NCBI GenBank assembly: GCA_963838925.1
Contig: CAWISW010000002.1
Span: 16,705-48,704 of the forward strand
Direction: 5' to 3'
Source of the DNA: an uncultured Nitrososphaerota archaeon
GTDB lineage: Archaea; Thermoproteota; Nitrososphaeria; Nitrososphaerales; Gagatemarchaeaceae
Length of the DNA: 32,000 nt
Position numbers and translations under genes: made by a program. The notes under the pieces are model-generated. The model was not told the origin of the DNA. It worked only from the letters and a program-made list of their open reading frames with translations, and did not search any database. This document shows, one piece after another, positions 1-7,706 of the stretch. Every line of letters starts with the position of its first letter. Positions within the stretch are counted from its first letter, which is position 1.

Positions 1-980
1 CCTTCGTCGTCGCTGTAGCCTCCCTCCGTGTCTATCAGCGGCATCCCGGACACGCCGTTGTTCGCCATTATCGCACGGGCGTCGTCAATCTGGGTGATGA
101 GTGACGCCCCCGCGCATTCCTGTATCGCCGTAGTCGGGCAGCTTATGCCGTTCTGGACGCATATCGAGTTCGATGCCGGACAGTTCTTGCCGTGGAAATC
201 GAAGCCGTCCGCGTACGCACCTCCCCCCGCCGCCAAGTACGCCGCGAGCCAGCACGTGCTCGAGCCGCATGCGGGGTTTGCGCTCAGGACGCCCCCCACC
301 GAGACGGACGGGGTCAGCACCTGCGCGCTCGGGTCGGTCGCCTTGACGATGTTGTAGAGGCTTTGAGCGAGAAGAACCATCTCAGACATGCTTCCTGAGT
401 ACTCCGACGGGACGTCCGGCTCGTTCCACGGCTCGTAATACTGGATCTCTCCCCTGTACCTCGTCACGAGCGCGGTGACGAACCTGTTCCAGTCGTTGAT
501 GTTGGTCGGTGGCGCGGCGCACCCGGTCACTCCCGACTTCGCGGTCAGTGAGCAGCTCTGGCTGGGATTGGAAGACGCCCATTGTGGCGTGTTGTAAAAG
601 GAGTACATGAAGCTGGTTATCCCAACCGCCTTCGCTCTGCTGATCGAGTTGTCCAGGGGAGCCCAGACGAAAGTCCCGTTCGAGGGCTCCAAGTCGTGCC
701 AGTCGGTACCGTCGGTCTTGCCCAACGTCCCTATCGAGACGGGAACGGGCCATGCCCCAGCGCTCCCTACCAACCCGTTCACCGTCATTGCAAAGAAGGT
801 GTTCGGCACGGGATTGGTTGCATAGGCCGGCTTCTGGGCCAAGACCGCTAATCCGAGGGGACTGACGACGATGAGGGCTAGAATCACCAACGCAGGTGAG
901 TGCGCCTGACCTCGAGACAACCTGCCGAGGCAGCGCTGCACCGTGATTTCAACGAATCTGTCTAAGCCGTGCTCTGCCAT
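1..980 (-). CDS. secreted/membrane-anchored glycoside hydrolase, clan GH-A TIM barrel (GH5/GH39-like); 3' end runs off the window
   Basis: Absent from the ORF track because the frame stays open to nt 1. My reverse-strand translation from ATG 980-978 gives MAEHGLDRF...SPALVILALIVVSPLGLAVLAQKPAYA (signal/anchor), then FYNTPQWA, then RYRGEIQYYEPWNEPD (acid/base NEP motif, nt 428-417), then GMPLIDTEGGYS (nucleophile TE motif, nt 29-24). No stops in between. An alternative GTG start lies at 941. Confidence 0.7.
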   Translation of the reverse strand, partial: MAEHGLDRFVEITVQRCLGRLSRGQAHSPALVILALIVVSPLGLAVLAQKPAYATNPVPNTFFAMTVNGLVGSAGAWPVPVSIGTLGKTDGTDWHDLEPSNGTFVWAPLDNSISRAKAVGITSFMYSFYNTPQWASSNPSQSCSLTAKSGVTGCAAPPTNINDWNRFVTALVTRYRGEIQYYEPWNEPDVPSEYSGSMSEMVLLAQSLYNIVKATDPSAQVLTPSVSVGGVLSANPACGSSTCWLAAYLAAGGGAYADGFDFHGKNCPASNSICVQNGISCPTTAIQECAGASLITQIDDARAIMANNGVSGMPLIDTEGGYSDDE

Positions 981-1028
981 CGACCATCCGGAAAAGCTAT
1001 TGTGCAAGGCCGCCAAAAGCAACTTGCC

Positions 1029-1748
1029 ATGGGAAGCGAGACGGGTAGCACGCACGTCGGAGTCTCTGGCTTCAGCTACGCAAGCTGGAGGGGACGGTTC
1101 TACCCGAAGGAGATGAAGAGCGAAGAATTCCTGGCGTATTATTCTCTGCATCTGGACAGCACCGAGGTCAACAGTTCCTTCTACGCTTCGCCAAAGCCCG
1201 ACGTCGTGAAGGGCTGGGGGTCGAAGACGAACGAAGGCTTCAGGTTCTCCTTCAAGGCGCCCAGGCAGATCACGCACATTCTGAAGCTTGGCAACGGGTC
1301 GTCTGAGGCTGCCGAAAGGCTCTCGAGAGTGTTGGACCTGCTAGGTCCGAGGCGAGGTCCTGTCTTGTTCCAGCTTCCGCCCTTCTCCAAGCAAGACCTC
1401 GACTTGCTCGAAAAGTTCCTATCCGAGACCTCGAGCGTCGAGAGCCGGGTCTTTGAGTTCAGGCACGAATCGTGGCTCCAGGATTCCACCTATCGCCTGC
1501 TCGAAAAGCACGGGACGGGCTTTTGCATCGCGGAGACCGAGGACATGAAGCCCGTGTTCCAGGTCACCGGGGGCTTTGCCTACTTCAGGCTGAGAAAGGA
1601 CTCGTACGATGCAAAGGCGATCGACCGCTGGGCAAAGAAGATTCGCGAGACGGCCGGAGACTCACGGGAGTGCTACGCCTATCTGCGACACGACGAAACG
1701 GGGGAAAACGCCGTCCTCGCTCAGAGGCTCTCAAAGCAGATGGCGTAG
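1029..1748 (+). CDS. DUF72 (UPF0759) family protein
   Basis: GVSGFSYASWRGRFYP, EVNSSFY and GFRFSFKAPRQITH are typical DUF72 motifs. I chose ATG 1029 over the track's GTG 969 because it avoids overlap with the divergent glycosidase start. Confidence 0.8.
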   Translation: MGSETGSTHVGVSGFSYASWRGRFYPKEMKSEEFLAYYSLHLDSTEVNSSFYASPKPDVVKGWGSKTNEGFRFSFKAPRQITHILKLGNGSSEAAERLSRVLDLLGPRRGPVLFQLPPFSKQDLDLLEKFLSETSSVESRVFEFRHESWLQDSTYRLLEKHGTGFCIAETEDMKPVFQVTGGFAYFRLRKDSYDAKAIDRWAKKIRETAGDSRECYAYLRHDETGENAVLAQRLSKQMA

Positions 1749-1762
1749 CCTCTCCGAGAAGA

Positions 1763-2110
1763 TCATCCGGCGCTGGCCAACGGGTGCTTTGGCTGATAGA
1801 TGCCGAGTTTCCCTCCCCCTGGCAGCTTGATCTTGGCCAACACGCCCCATCCTAGGTCTACGGGCGCCGAGCACTTCACCTTCTTCTGCTTGAGCTCCCG
1901 GACGGTCGCTTTGATGTCGTCGCACATCAGATACAACTCGTGGGGGCCGTTCTTCTTTGCAGGGTGGAATGCCAGCTCGGCAGGTGGCAAGGCGAAGATG
2001 AGCCAACCTTCGCCCGCGTCGACGTTCGGAAACCTCAGCACTTTGCGGAAGAGGTCTCGGTCTGCCTCCGCATCCTTGCTGTACACGACGACGTGCGCTC
2101 CGGTTATCAA
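1763..2110 (-). CDS. VOC/glyoxalase-bleomycin resistance family protein
   Basis: 115 aa. Single VOC-like module (HVVVYSKDAEADRDLF...LIFALPPAELAFHP...GGKLGIYQPKH). TTG start at 2110. Convergent with DUF72. Confidence 0.7.
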   Translation of the reverse strand: MITGAHVVVYSKDAEADRDLFRKVLRFPNVDAGEGWLIFALPPAELAFHPAKKNGPHELYLMCDDIKATVRELKQKKVKCSAPVDLGWGVLAKIKLPGGGKLGIYQPKHPLASAG

Positions 2111-2194
2111 GTCAGGTCGGGATTTGGAAGGGTTTCTCTAAAAGGGCGAGTGCGTGCTGGAACCTAAATAGCAAACCGGCGTGAACGGCCGGGG

Positions 2195-3061
2195 TTGAGC
2201 TCGAGCGACGCCGTCGGCATGAAGGGCAAGGTTTGCATCGTGACGGGAGCGAGCTCCGGCATCGGCAGGGCAACGGCAGTGGCCCTGGCTGCGTCGGGCG
2301 CGACCTTGGTGATGGTCTGTCGCGACAAGACCCGAGGCGGCGCCGCGCAAAGCCGGGTTGTGTCGCAAACGGGGAACCGATCAGTCGACCTGATGACCGC
2401 CGACCTGTCCTCGCTCGCGTCCGTCCGCTCGCTGGCAACGGAGTTCATCGCCAAGTATCCCAGATTGGACGTCCTGGTCAACAACGCCGCGACTTTCGCC
2501 AGCAAGCGCATCGTCACGTCCGACGGTCTCGAGCTCATGTTCGCCACCAACTACCTAGGCCCGTTCCTCCTGACGCGCCTCTTGATTCCGACCCTCGAGG
2601 CGTCGAGGCCGTCTCGAGTCATCAACGTCAGCGCACCGTCGTCGATGATGCCTGACTTCGACGACCTTCAGGGGGAGCGAAAGTTCGCGCCCATCATGGC
2701 GTTCGGGGCGTCGAAGGCCGCAGATCTGCTCTTCACCTACGCCCTGGCCCGCAGGCTCGAGGGGAGAGGCGTGACTGTCAACGCGTATCATCCGGGGCTG
2801 GTCAGGACGAGCCTGCTTCGCGGAGCGCCCGTCCCAGTCCGAATCGTCTCGAGCGTCCTGAATGTCTTCATGGGCGTCTCGCCGAAACGCGCTTCGAAGG
2901 GGCTCGCGGAGCTAGCATCTTCGGCGCAATTCGTGGGCACCACGGGTGGACTGATCCGCAATGGGAAGACCATGAAGGCTCCCTTCAGCACGGACATCGA
3001 CGCCCAGGACAAGCTCTGGCAGGTCAGCTGCGGTCTCGCCGCGCTCCCCGACGCGGCCTGA
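2195..3061 (+). CDS. short-chain dehydrogenase/reductase family protein (retinol-dehydrogenase-like), atypical active site
   Basis: Contains TGASSGIGRA (TGxxxGxG), NNAA and HPGLVRT. The expected YxxxK reads FGASK (TTC at 2702-2704). TTG start at 2195 lies about 29 nt downstream of the TATA-like ctaaatag (2164-2171). Confidence 0.85.
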   Translation: MSSSDAVGMKGKVCIVTGASSGIGRATAVALAASGATLVMVCRDKTRGGAAQSRVVSQTGNRSVDLMTADLSSLASVRSLATEFIAKYPRLDVLVNNAATFASKRIVTSDGLELMFATNYLGPFLLTRLLIPTLEASRPSRVINVSAPSSMMPDFDDLQGERKFAPIMAFGASKAADLLFTYALARRLEGRGVTVNAYHPGLVRTSLLRGAPVPVRIVSSVLNVFMGVSPKRASKGLAELASSAQFVGTTGGLIRNGKTMKAPFSTDIDAQDKLWQVSCGLAALPDAA

Positions 3062-3167
3062 GGCCCGGCTGTCAACGTGAAGCCGACCTGACGCGGCCCT
3101 TAGCGTCTTGCTGCCGATTCACATATGAGCACGCTCGGCATCGGCGGCGGGCAAGCGGCGGGAGGGC

Positions 3168-3803
3168 CTACGTAACGGTCGCGATGTCAGCTCTGAGCCG
3201 GGCGAGGGTCGTAAACTTGAACGCCCAGCGGATCCCGAACTCCTTTGCTCCGGTGACGTTCTCCTCCTTGTCGTCTATGAAGACTACCTCGGACGGCGAC
3301 GCCTTGACCTGCTCCAGCGCCCTCGCGAACGCCGTGGCGCTGGGCTTCATGCTGCCGAGCTCGCATGAGGAGACGAACCCGTCGAAGAGCTTGTCCCATT
3401 GCCTTCTTCTCAGGAGCTTGACGTGCGGAGACGAGGTGTTGGAGAAGAGGAAGACGCGGTATCCCTTCCTCCTGAGCGACTCCACGATCCTCAGCGTCCC
3501 CGTCCGGAATCTCACTAGCCGCTCGAACGGGACGGTCCAGAGCTCGTCCGGGGAGTCGCCCTCTCTCAGGCTCTCTCCGAACTTGCCAAGGGACTCCTCG
3601 AGGAGCTCCCTTATCGAGACCTCGCCCGACTCGAGTCTAGGAAGGCCACTCTCAAGGGCCTTCCTCATCTTCTCGCGCGGCACCCCGTATCGCTTGGCGA
3701 CGTAGTCGAAGATCGGGTTGTTGTTCTTCCACTTTATCACCACCCCTCCGAAGTCGAAGATGAAGACGGGGCGCCCTTCGAGGCCGCCCTTCTTGGAGAC
3801 CAT
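3168..3803 (-). CDS. HAD-superfamily hydrolase (subfamily IA-like)
   Basis: FIFDFGGVV (DxG motif I), LFSNTS (motif II), and K...FIDDKEENV (motifs III/IV). Confidence 0.8.
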   Translation of the reverse strand: MVSKKGGLEGRPVFIFDFGGVVIKWKNNNPIFDYVAKRYGVPREKMRKALESGLPRLESGEVSIRELLEESLGKFGESLREGDSPDELWTVPFERLVRFRTGTLRIVESLRRKGYRVFLFSNTSSPHVKLLRRRQWDKLFDGFVSSCELGSMKPSATAFARALEQVKASPSEVVFIDDKEENVTGAKEFGIRWAFKFTTLARLRADIATVT

Positions 3804-3904
3804 CCGCCCCCGCCCCGTGAAGGGCGGTTATAGTCTCCACGGCGCCCTTTTCGACATATTCCTAAATTGCTCAAGATGAGTGATTGATTATTATTATTTT
3901 ATTC

Positions 3905-3925
3905 CTAGCGCTTAAATTGCGCTAG
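3905..3925. promoter_or_regulatory. perfect 7-7-7 palindrome CTAGCGC-ttaaatt-GCGCTAG framing a TATA-like spacer upstream of the propeller surface-protein gene
   Basis: Read directly. The spacer centre lies about 28 nt upstream of TTG 3943. The AT-rich stretch gtgattgattattattattttattcc sits just 5' of it. Confidence 0.5.
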
Positions 3926-3942
3926 AAAACTGGGAGTTCTGT

Positions 3943-5331
3943 TTGAACAGCAGAAACGTCGCGATTGCGGCCGTAGCGGTGTTAGCGATTCTAGGGATTA
4001 GCGTCTTCATACTGGCGACGCCGGGTGCCCAGAGCACCACCAGCACGCTTTCCTCTACGGGCACGCCCAGCCATTCGAGCTCTTCGAGTTCCACATCCGC
4101 GCCCAGCTCCTCCTCGAGCTCCGCGACGTCTTCGAGTCCCACGACCGCGCCAAGCTCCTCCTCGACCAGTAGCTCCTCTTCGACGACTCCGAGCACAACA
4201 TCTAGCTCCTCTAGCTCGTCGAGCTCCTCCAGCTCTCCCAGCCCTTCTGTCTCTTCAAGCTCCTCGACCAGCTCGAGCGGCACCAGCGGCTACTTCTTCC
4301 TGGTCTTCACGCAGAAGGGAATCACGGAGCTCACATCGACCGACGGCTCGGTCTTGGGATACGCACGGCTCTTCAACATCAGCGACAGCGTCCCGACACA
4401 GACCTTCTACTGGGAAGGGTATCCTGTCCAGGGCGCAGCCCGGTCTAACTTCCTCGTGCCGCTCAACAACGGGACCATCGAGGTTGTCGACTCGACCCTC
4501 CTTACTGTCACGGGAAGGATCAGCGTGGGCACTGCGACCGGGTTCATAGGGGTCGCGGTCTCGCCCGACGAGAAGTACGCTGCGATAGCCGACGGGCCTT
4601 CCGGGATAGTAGAGGTGGTCCAGCTGGCCCCGCTCCAGACTGTGTGGAAGCAGGTCTTCAACCAGCCGAGCGGCGCGACCGCCTTCCCGTGCGACATCAG
4701 ATGGGCCCCTAACCAGAACACCGTCGTAGTCCCCATGAAGAACAACGGCACGGTGGACTCGATAAGCGCGACCACCGGTGCGATCGTCGCGAGCGCGGCC
4801 CTTCCAATCGCCTCGCAGCCGTTCATGCTCTCCGTGAACTCCCAAGGCACGATGCTGGGGGTCGAGCTCTCAGGAAACAAGACGGACGTCTTCTACTCGT
4901 ATCCTTCGCTCACTTCACTGGGCCACACGAGCTTCCCGATATCGACGTTCACCCCGACGCGCGGGGTCTTCACCCCTGACGGCAAGTACTACCTGGAGGC
5001 CTCCGGCTCGACGAACGTGGTCGAGGTCGTCTCCACCAGCTCCTTCGCTGTAGTCAACACCATCAACCTCCCTCCCTCCGCGTCCCCAGGTCTCGCAGAC
5101 ATGGAGATAACTCCCGACGGGCTGAACGCGTATGTCGTGATGCACGGAACCCCTACCACGGGCGGGATAATCTATCTCATATCCCTCGCATCAGTGACGA
5201 CGGATACCGGGCCGTCCGCCAGCATACCCCTGACGGTGGCCCCTGCGTTCGCATTACCCATATCGTCACAGTTCGGGACCTATCTCGCGGACAACGTGCT
5301 CTCGCCTCCGGTGACGGGCCTCCATTGCTAG
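3943..5331 (+). CDS. membrane-anchored surface protein: N-terminal TM, ~100-aa poly-Ser/Thr linker, YVTN-type beta-propeller repeats
   Basis: TTG start. AIAAVAVLAILGISVFILA forms the anchor. The linker is an S/T/P-rich run encoded by AGC/TCC/TCG repeats at about 4040-4290. Repeated motifs such as SPDEKYAAIADGPSGIVEVV, TPDGKYYLEASGSTNVVEVV and TPDGLNAYVV are typical of YVTN/YncE-like propellers. Confidence 0.75.
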   Translation: MNSRNVAIAAVAVLAILGISVFILATPGAQSTTSTLSSTGTPSHSSSSSSTSAPSSSSSSATSSSPTTAPSSSSTSSSSSTTPSTTSSSSSSSSSSSSPSPSVSSSSSTSSSGTSGYFFLVFTQKGITELTSTDGSVLGYARLFNISDSVPTQTFYWEGYPVQGAARSNFLVPLNNGTIEVVDSTLLTVTGRISVGTATGFIGVAVSPDEKYAAIADGPSGIVEVVQLAPLQTVWKQVFNQPSGATAFPCDIRWAPNQNTVVVPMKNNGTVDSISATTGAIVASAALPIASQPFMLSVNSQGTMLGVELSGNKTDVFYSYPSLTSLGHTSFPISTFTPTRGVFTPDGKYYLEASGSTNVVEVVSTSSFAVVNTINLPPSASPGLADMEITPDGLNAYVVMHGTPTTGGIIYLISLASVTTDTGPSASIPLTVAPAFALPISSQFGTYLADNVLSPPVTGLHC

Positions 5332-5344
5332 GCGGAGAGGCCCG

Positions 5345-5935
5345 TTGAAGGCGCTCCACCCGATCATCTTCCTGCTTCTTTTCTTCAACGTCACCGCGCT
5401 CGCCCCCGTGATCACGACGGGGCTCAGGATCACCGACATCTGGTACACCCCGATGGCCACGACGGGCCAGGCCTCGTTCTTCTATCCGTTCCTCGAGTTC
5501 GTCGCGGCCTGCGTCGCGGTGAACGCCCTCGCCGTGCTCGCGCTCCGGAGGCTGGACTGGAGCAGGTTCATCTCTCTTGACGGGGACATCGGCATAAGGT
5601 CGATAGTCCGCGGGGTCCTCGCAGACAGGCTGGGGAGGGCGATACTGCTGGCCTTCGCCCCGATCTACTTCCTCTCGTACCTCGTGAGCAGCGGGCTCCT
5701 GCTCGTCCCCGACGTCAATATCAGCTCGTACTTCGTGCCGGTGACGCGCATCTCCTACCAGGCAGCGGGGGTCCCGATGATGGGCCCCCTCGCGGTCAAC
5801 CTGGACATCCTCGCCGTGGGAGTCGTCGACCTCATCCTCCTCTCTTGGCCCTCGTCCTGGGGTACTACGTGGCGAACCTCGTCTACGTCTCACAGGCGAG
5901 CAGGGACATGGGCGTCCCTGGGTCGATGCGAATGA
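5345..5935 (+). CDS. polytopic membrane protein, N-terminal part (frame breaks near 5840; likely one gene with 5845..6255)
   Basis: TTG start 13 nt after the propeller gene stop. The translation is hydrophobic and helix-rich up to ...AVGVVDLILLS, then turns into W/R/S/T-rich nonsense before the stop at 5935. Confidence 0.55.
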   Translation: MKALHPIIFLLLFFNVTALAPVITTGLRITDIWYTPMATTGQASFFYPFLEFVAACVAVNALAVLALRRLDWSRFISLDGDIGIRSIVRGVLADRLGRAILLAFAPIYFLSYLVSSGLLLVPDVNISSYFVPVTRISYQAAGVPMMGPLAVNLDILAVGVVDLILLSWPSSWGTTWRTSSTSHRRAGTWASLGRCE

Positions 5936-6255
5936 TGGCGACCCAGACGGCCGGCGGATTCCTCGCGACTTCAGTGCCTGCGCTCGCGACATCGGCTGCC
6001 ATCTGCTGCCTGACCCCCACGGGAGTGAACTCGCTCTTGTACCTCGTCTCTGCCTCGACCTCGGTCCTGAGCAAGAAGATCGTCTTCGGATATGGGACCA
6101 TCACGGGCGTCTTCTGGGCGACCGGCGTGCTGCAGGGGATCGAGCTCTTCTCGACAACGGTGCTAGGCGTCGCCCTCCTCGGGCTCTCGTTCTACCAGGT
6201 CAGGCAGATAGCAAGGACCGTCTCACAGCGCAGGGTCATCTCACTAAAGTCCTAG
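5845..6255 (+). CDS. polytopic membrane protein, C-terminal part (frame -1 relative to 5345..5935); contains the vicinal-Cys motif AAICCLTP
   Basis: This frame is open from 5779. From about 5845 the translation (LALVLGYYVANLVYV...) continues the interrupted TM helix of the upstream fragment. Confidence 0.55.
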   Translation: MALVLGYYVANLVYVSQASRDMGVPGSMRMMATQTAGGFLATSVPALATSAAICCLTPTGVNSLLYLVSASTSVLSKKIVFGYGTITGVFWATGVLQGIELFSTTVLGVALLGLSFYQVRQIARTVSQRRVISLKS

Positions 6256-6270
6256 TCTCTCGCCCGAGCC

Positions 6271-6918
6271 CTACTCGGAGGCCTCGAGCACCTTCAGAGC
6301 GAAGGCCCTCTCGCCTGGGGCCCCGTCGAATCGCACCCTGTCGTTGATGACCGTTCTCGGAACCCCCACCACGCCGTATCTCCTCGAGAGGTCTGGGAAC
6401 TCCACTGTCTCGATCATGAACGCGCGTATCATTGGGTTCTCGATGGCGAACCTGTGGGCGGAGCGCACCACCAGCGGCGAGTACGGGCAGACCGGGGTGA
6501 CGAAGACCTTGATGACGGTGGGCGCCTTCACGCGCCTAATCGCGTCCCTCGTCTCCTGGTCCATCTCCGACCGTCCCCTCGACGCGTCGACCAAGTCTTC
6601 CACCAGGCTCCTCAGCTGCCTGCCTGCGGGCATCCCCACGTAGTGCAGCTTCGCGCCGTTGGATGCGATGATGACGGTAGTAGGCGCCATCTCGACCTCC
6701 ATGGAATCGGCCGTCGCGCGCTCAACTTCCTTGTCTAGGACTTTGAGCTTGACCTTGTCAGAGAGGGCGGCTATCTCCTCGAGCAGCTGCTCGGTCTGGG
6801 CGCAGTACTCGCACCCGACCTTCGAGGTGAAGAGGAGGACCTTGACCTCTCCCTCGAGACCCGAGCGGAACAGCCTCTGGATCTCAGCGACGTCCTCCTT
6901 CCCCAGCAGGGCGGTCAC
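6271..6918 (-). CDS. archaeal protein disulfide oxidoreductase (PDO, two thioredoxin-fold units; glutaredoxin-like)
   Basis: 215 aa. The N-terminal unit carries CEYC and the C-terminal unit carries CPYS, followed by GVVGVPRTVIN (cis-Pro loop). GTG start at 6918 lies about 30 nt downstream of a TATA-like box (reverse strand of 6945-6953). Confidence 0.8.
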   Translation of the reverse strand: MTALLGKEDVAEIQRLFRSGLEGEVKVLLFTSKVGCEYCAQTEQLLEEIAALSDKVKLKVLDKEVERATADSMEVEMAPTTVIIASNGAKLHYVGMPAGRQLRSLVEDLVDASRGRSEMDQETRDAIRRVKAPTVIKVFVTPVCPYSPLVVRSAHRFAIENPMIRAFMIETVEFPDLSRRYGVVGVPRTVINDRVRFDGAPGERAFALKVLEASE

Positions 6919-6972
6919 GCCCTACCGCCGGCGATGCCGGCGCGTGATATGTGTATCGCGGAGTCTGCTCGC

Positions 6973-7665
6973 TCAGGCGGTGTGGCTCAGCACCGCTTTC
7001 ACCCTGTGGTCGATCGCGGCAATCTTCTCCAGGCGGTCCACGAAGGCGCCCAGCTTCTTGGCGTTGAGCGTCACCACTATCTCGGACTCTGGGTATCCCG
7101 ACCTCGTCCTGCTGGCGGTGCAACCGAGCCCGATGACGACGTCGCCCTCGTTGGCTAGTGGGAGGCCCTGGCATGTGGGCTTCACAGTCACCTTGCTGTC
7201 GGGCGCTGCCTCCTTGATCAGCGCGGCCTGCTGAGAGTCGGCGAACAGCAGGACTACGTCCGGGACGAATGGCGCCTTGTCGAGGGGGGCGTACCCGATG
7301 TTCCGCTTCGCCTCGAGGGGAAGCGCCGGCAGGCCGAGGATGTCGCTCTTCCCAATCCAGCCCACGCTCGTGAGCAGGTCGATGTCGGCCAACCCGGCGC
7401 CCGGCAGCGTGTCCTTCGCCAGCCGATAACCGTGGGTGACCGCGCCGACGGAGCAGTGCTGGTGCTGGTCGGGAGTAGTGTAGAAGGCGCTGTCGAGCGC
7501 CTTGGTCCAGAAGACGCAGCTCGACTCGACCACGTCGGTGGACTTTCTCAGCTTCGTCACGTCAGGCTTGAACGTGACCGCCACAATTGGCTTCGAGAGC
7601 CCAAGGGCAGTCTCGAGCCTCTTTCCGAGACCGTTAAACTCAGAGGTAGACAAGCTGAGACGCAC
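6973..7665 (-). CDS. DUF169 (COG2043) family protein
   Basis: LGKRLETALGLSKPIVAVTFKPD is a typical DUF169 N-terminus, and Cys residues are scattered through the protein (SSCVFW, HCSVGA, PTCQG, GCTAS). The track's 295-aa version overlaps the AAA gene and has an R/G-rich N-terminus. I start at GTG 7665 (TTG 7653 is an alternative). Confidence 0.65.
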   Translation of the reverse strand: MRLSLSTSEFNGLGKRLETALGLSKPIVAVTFKPDVTKLRKSTDVVESSCVFWTKALDSAFYTTPDQHQHCSVGAVTHGYRLAKDTLPGAGLADIDLLTSVGWIGKSDILGLPALPLEAKRNIGYAPLDKAPFVPDVVLLFADSQQAALIKEAAPDSKVTVKPTCQGLPLANEGDVVIGLGCTASRTRSGYPESEIVVTLNAKKLGAFVDRLEKIAAIDHRVKAVLSHTA

Positions 7666-7706
7666 ACCGTCTCGAGAAGGTATTAACCTTGAGGAATTCT
7701 CTATTC

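Noticed and set aside
3912-4283. 123-aa E/L-rich ORF on the minus strand
   Set aside because: It is the antisense reading of the AGC/TCC/TCG microrepeat that encodes the poly-Ser linker of the propeller protein. It is low-complexity and fully embedded in a better-supported gene.
4040-4290. Possible CRISPR or tandem-repeat array suggested by the periodic agctcctc... pattern
   Set aside because: It is a codon-level Ser/Thr microrepeat inside an ORF. There is no repeat-spacer architecture of 25-40 nt units and there are no cas genes.
5177-5992. 271-aa minus-strand ORF
   Set aside because: Its R/D/E/P-rich composition is typical of an out-of-frame or antisense reading of GC-rich coding DNA. It overlaps two plus-strand genes whose products have sensible membrane or propeller sequence.
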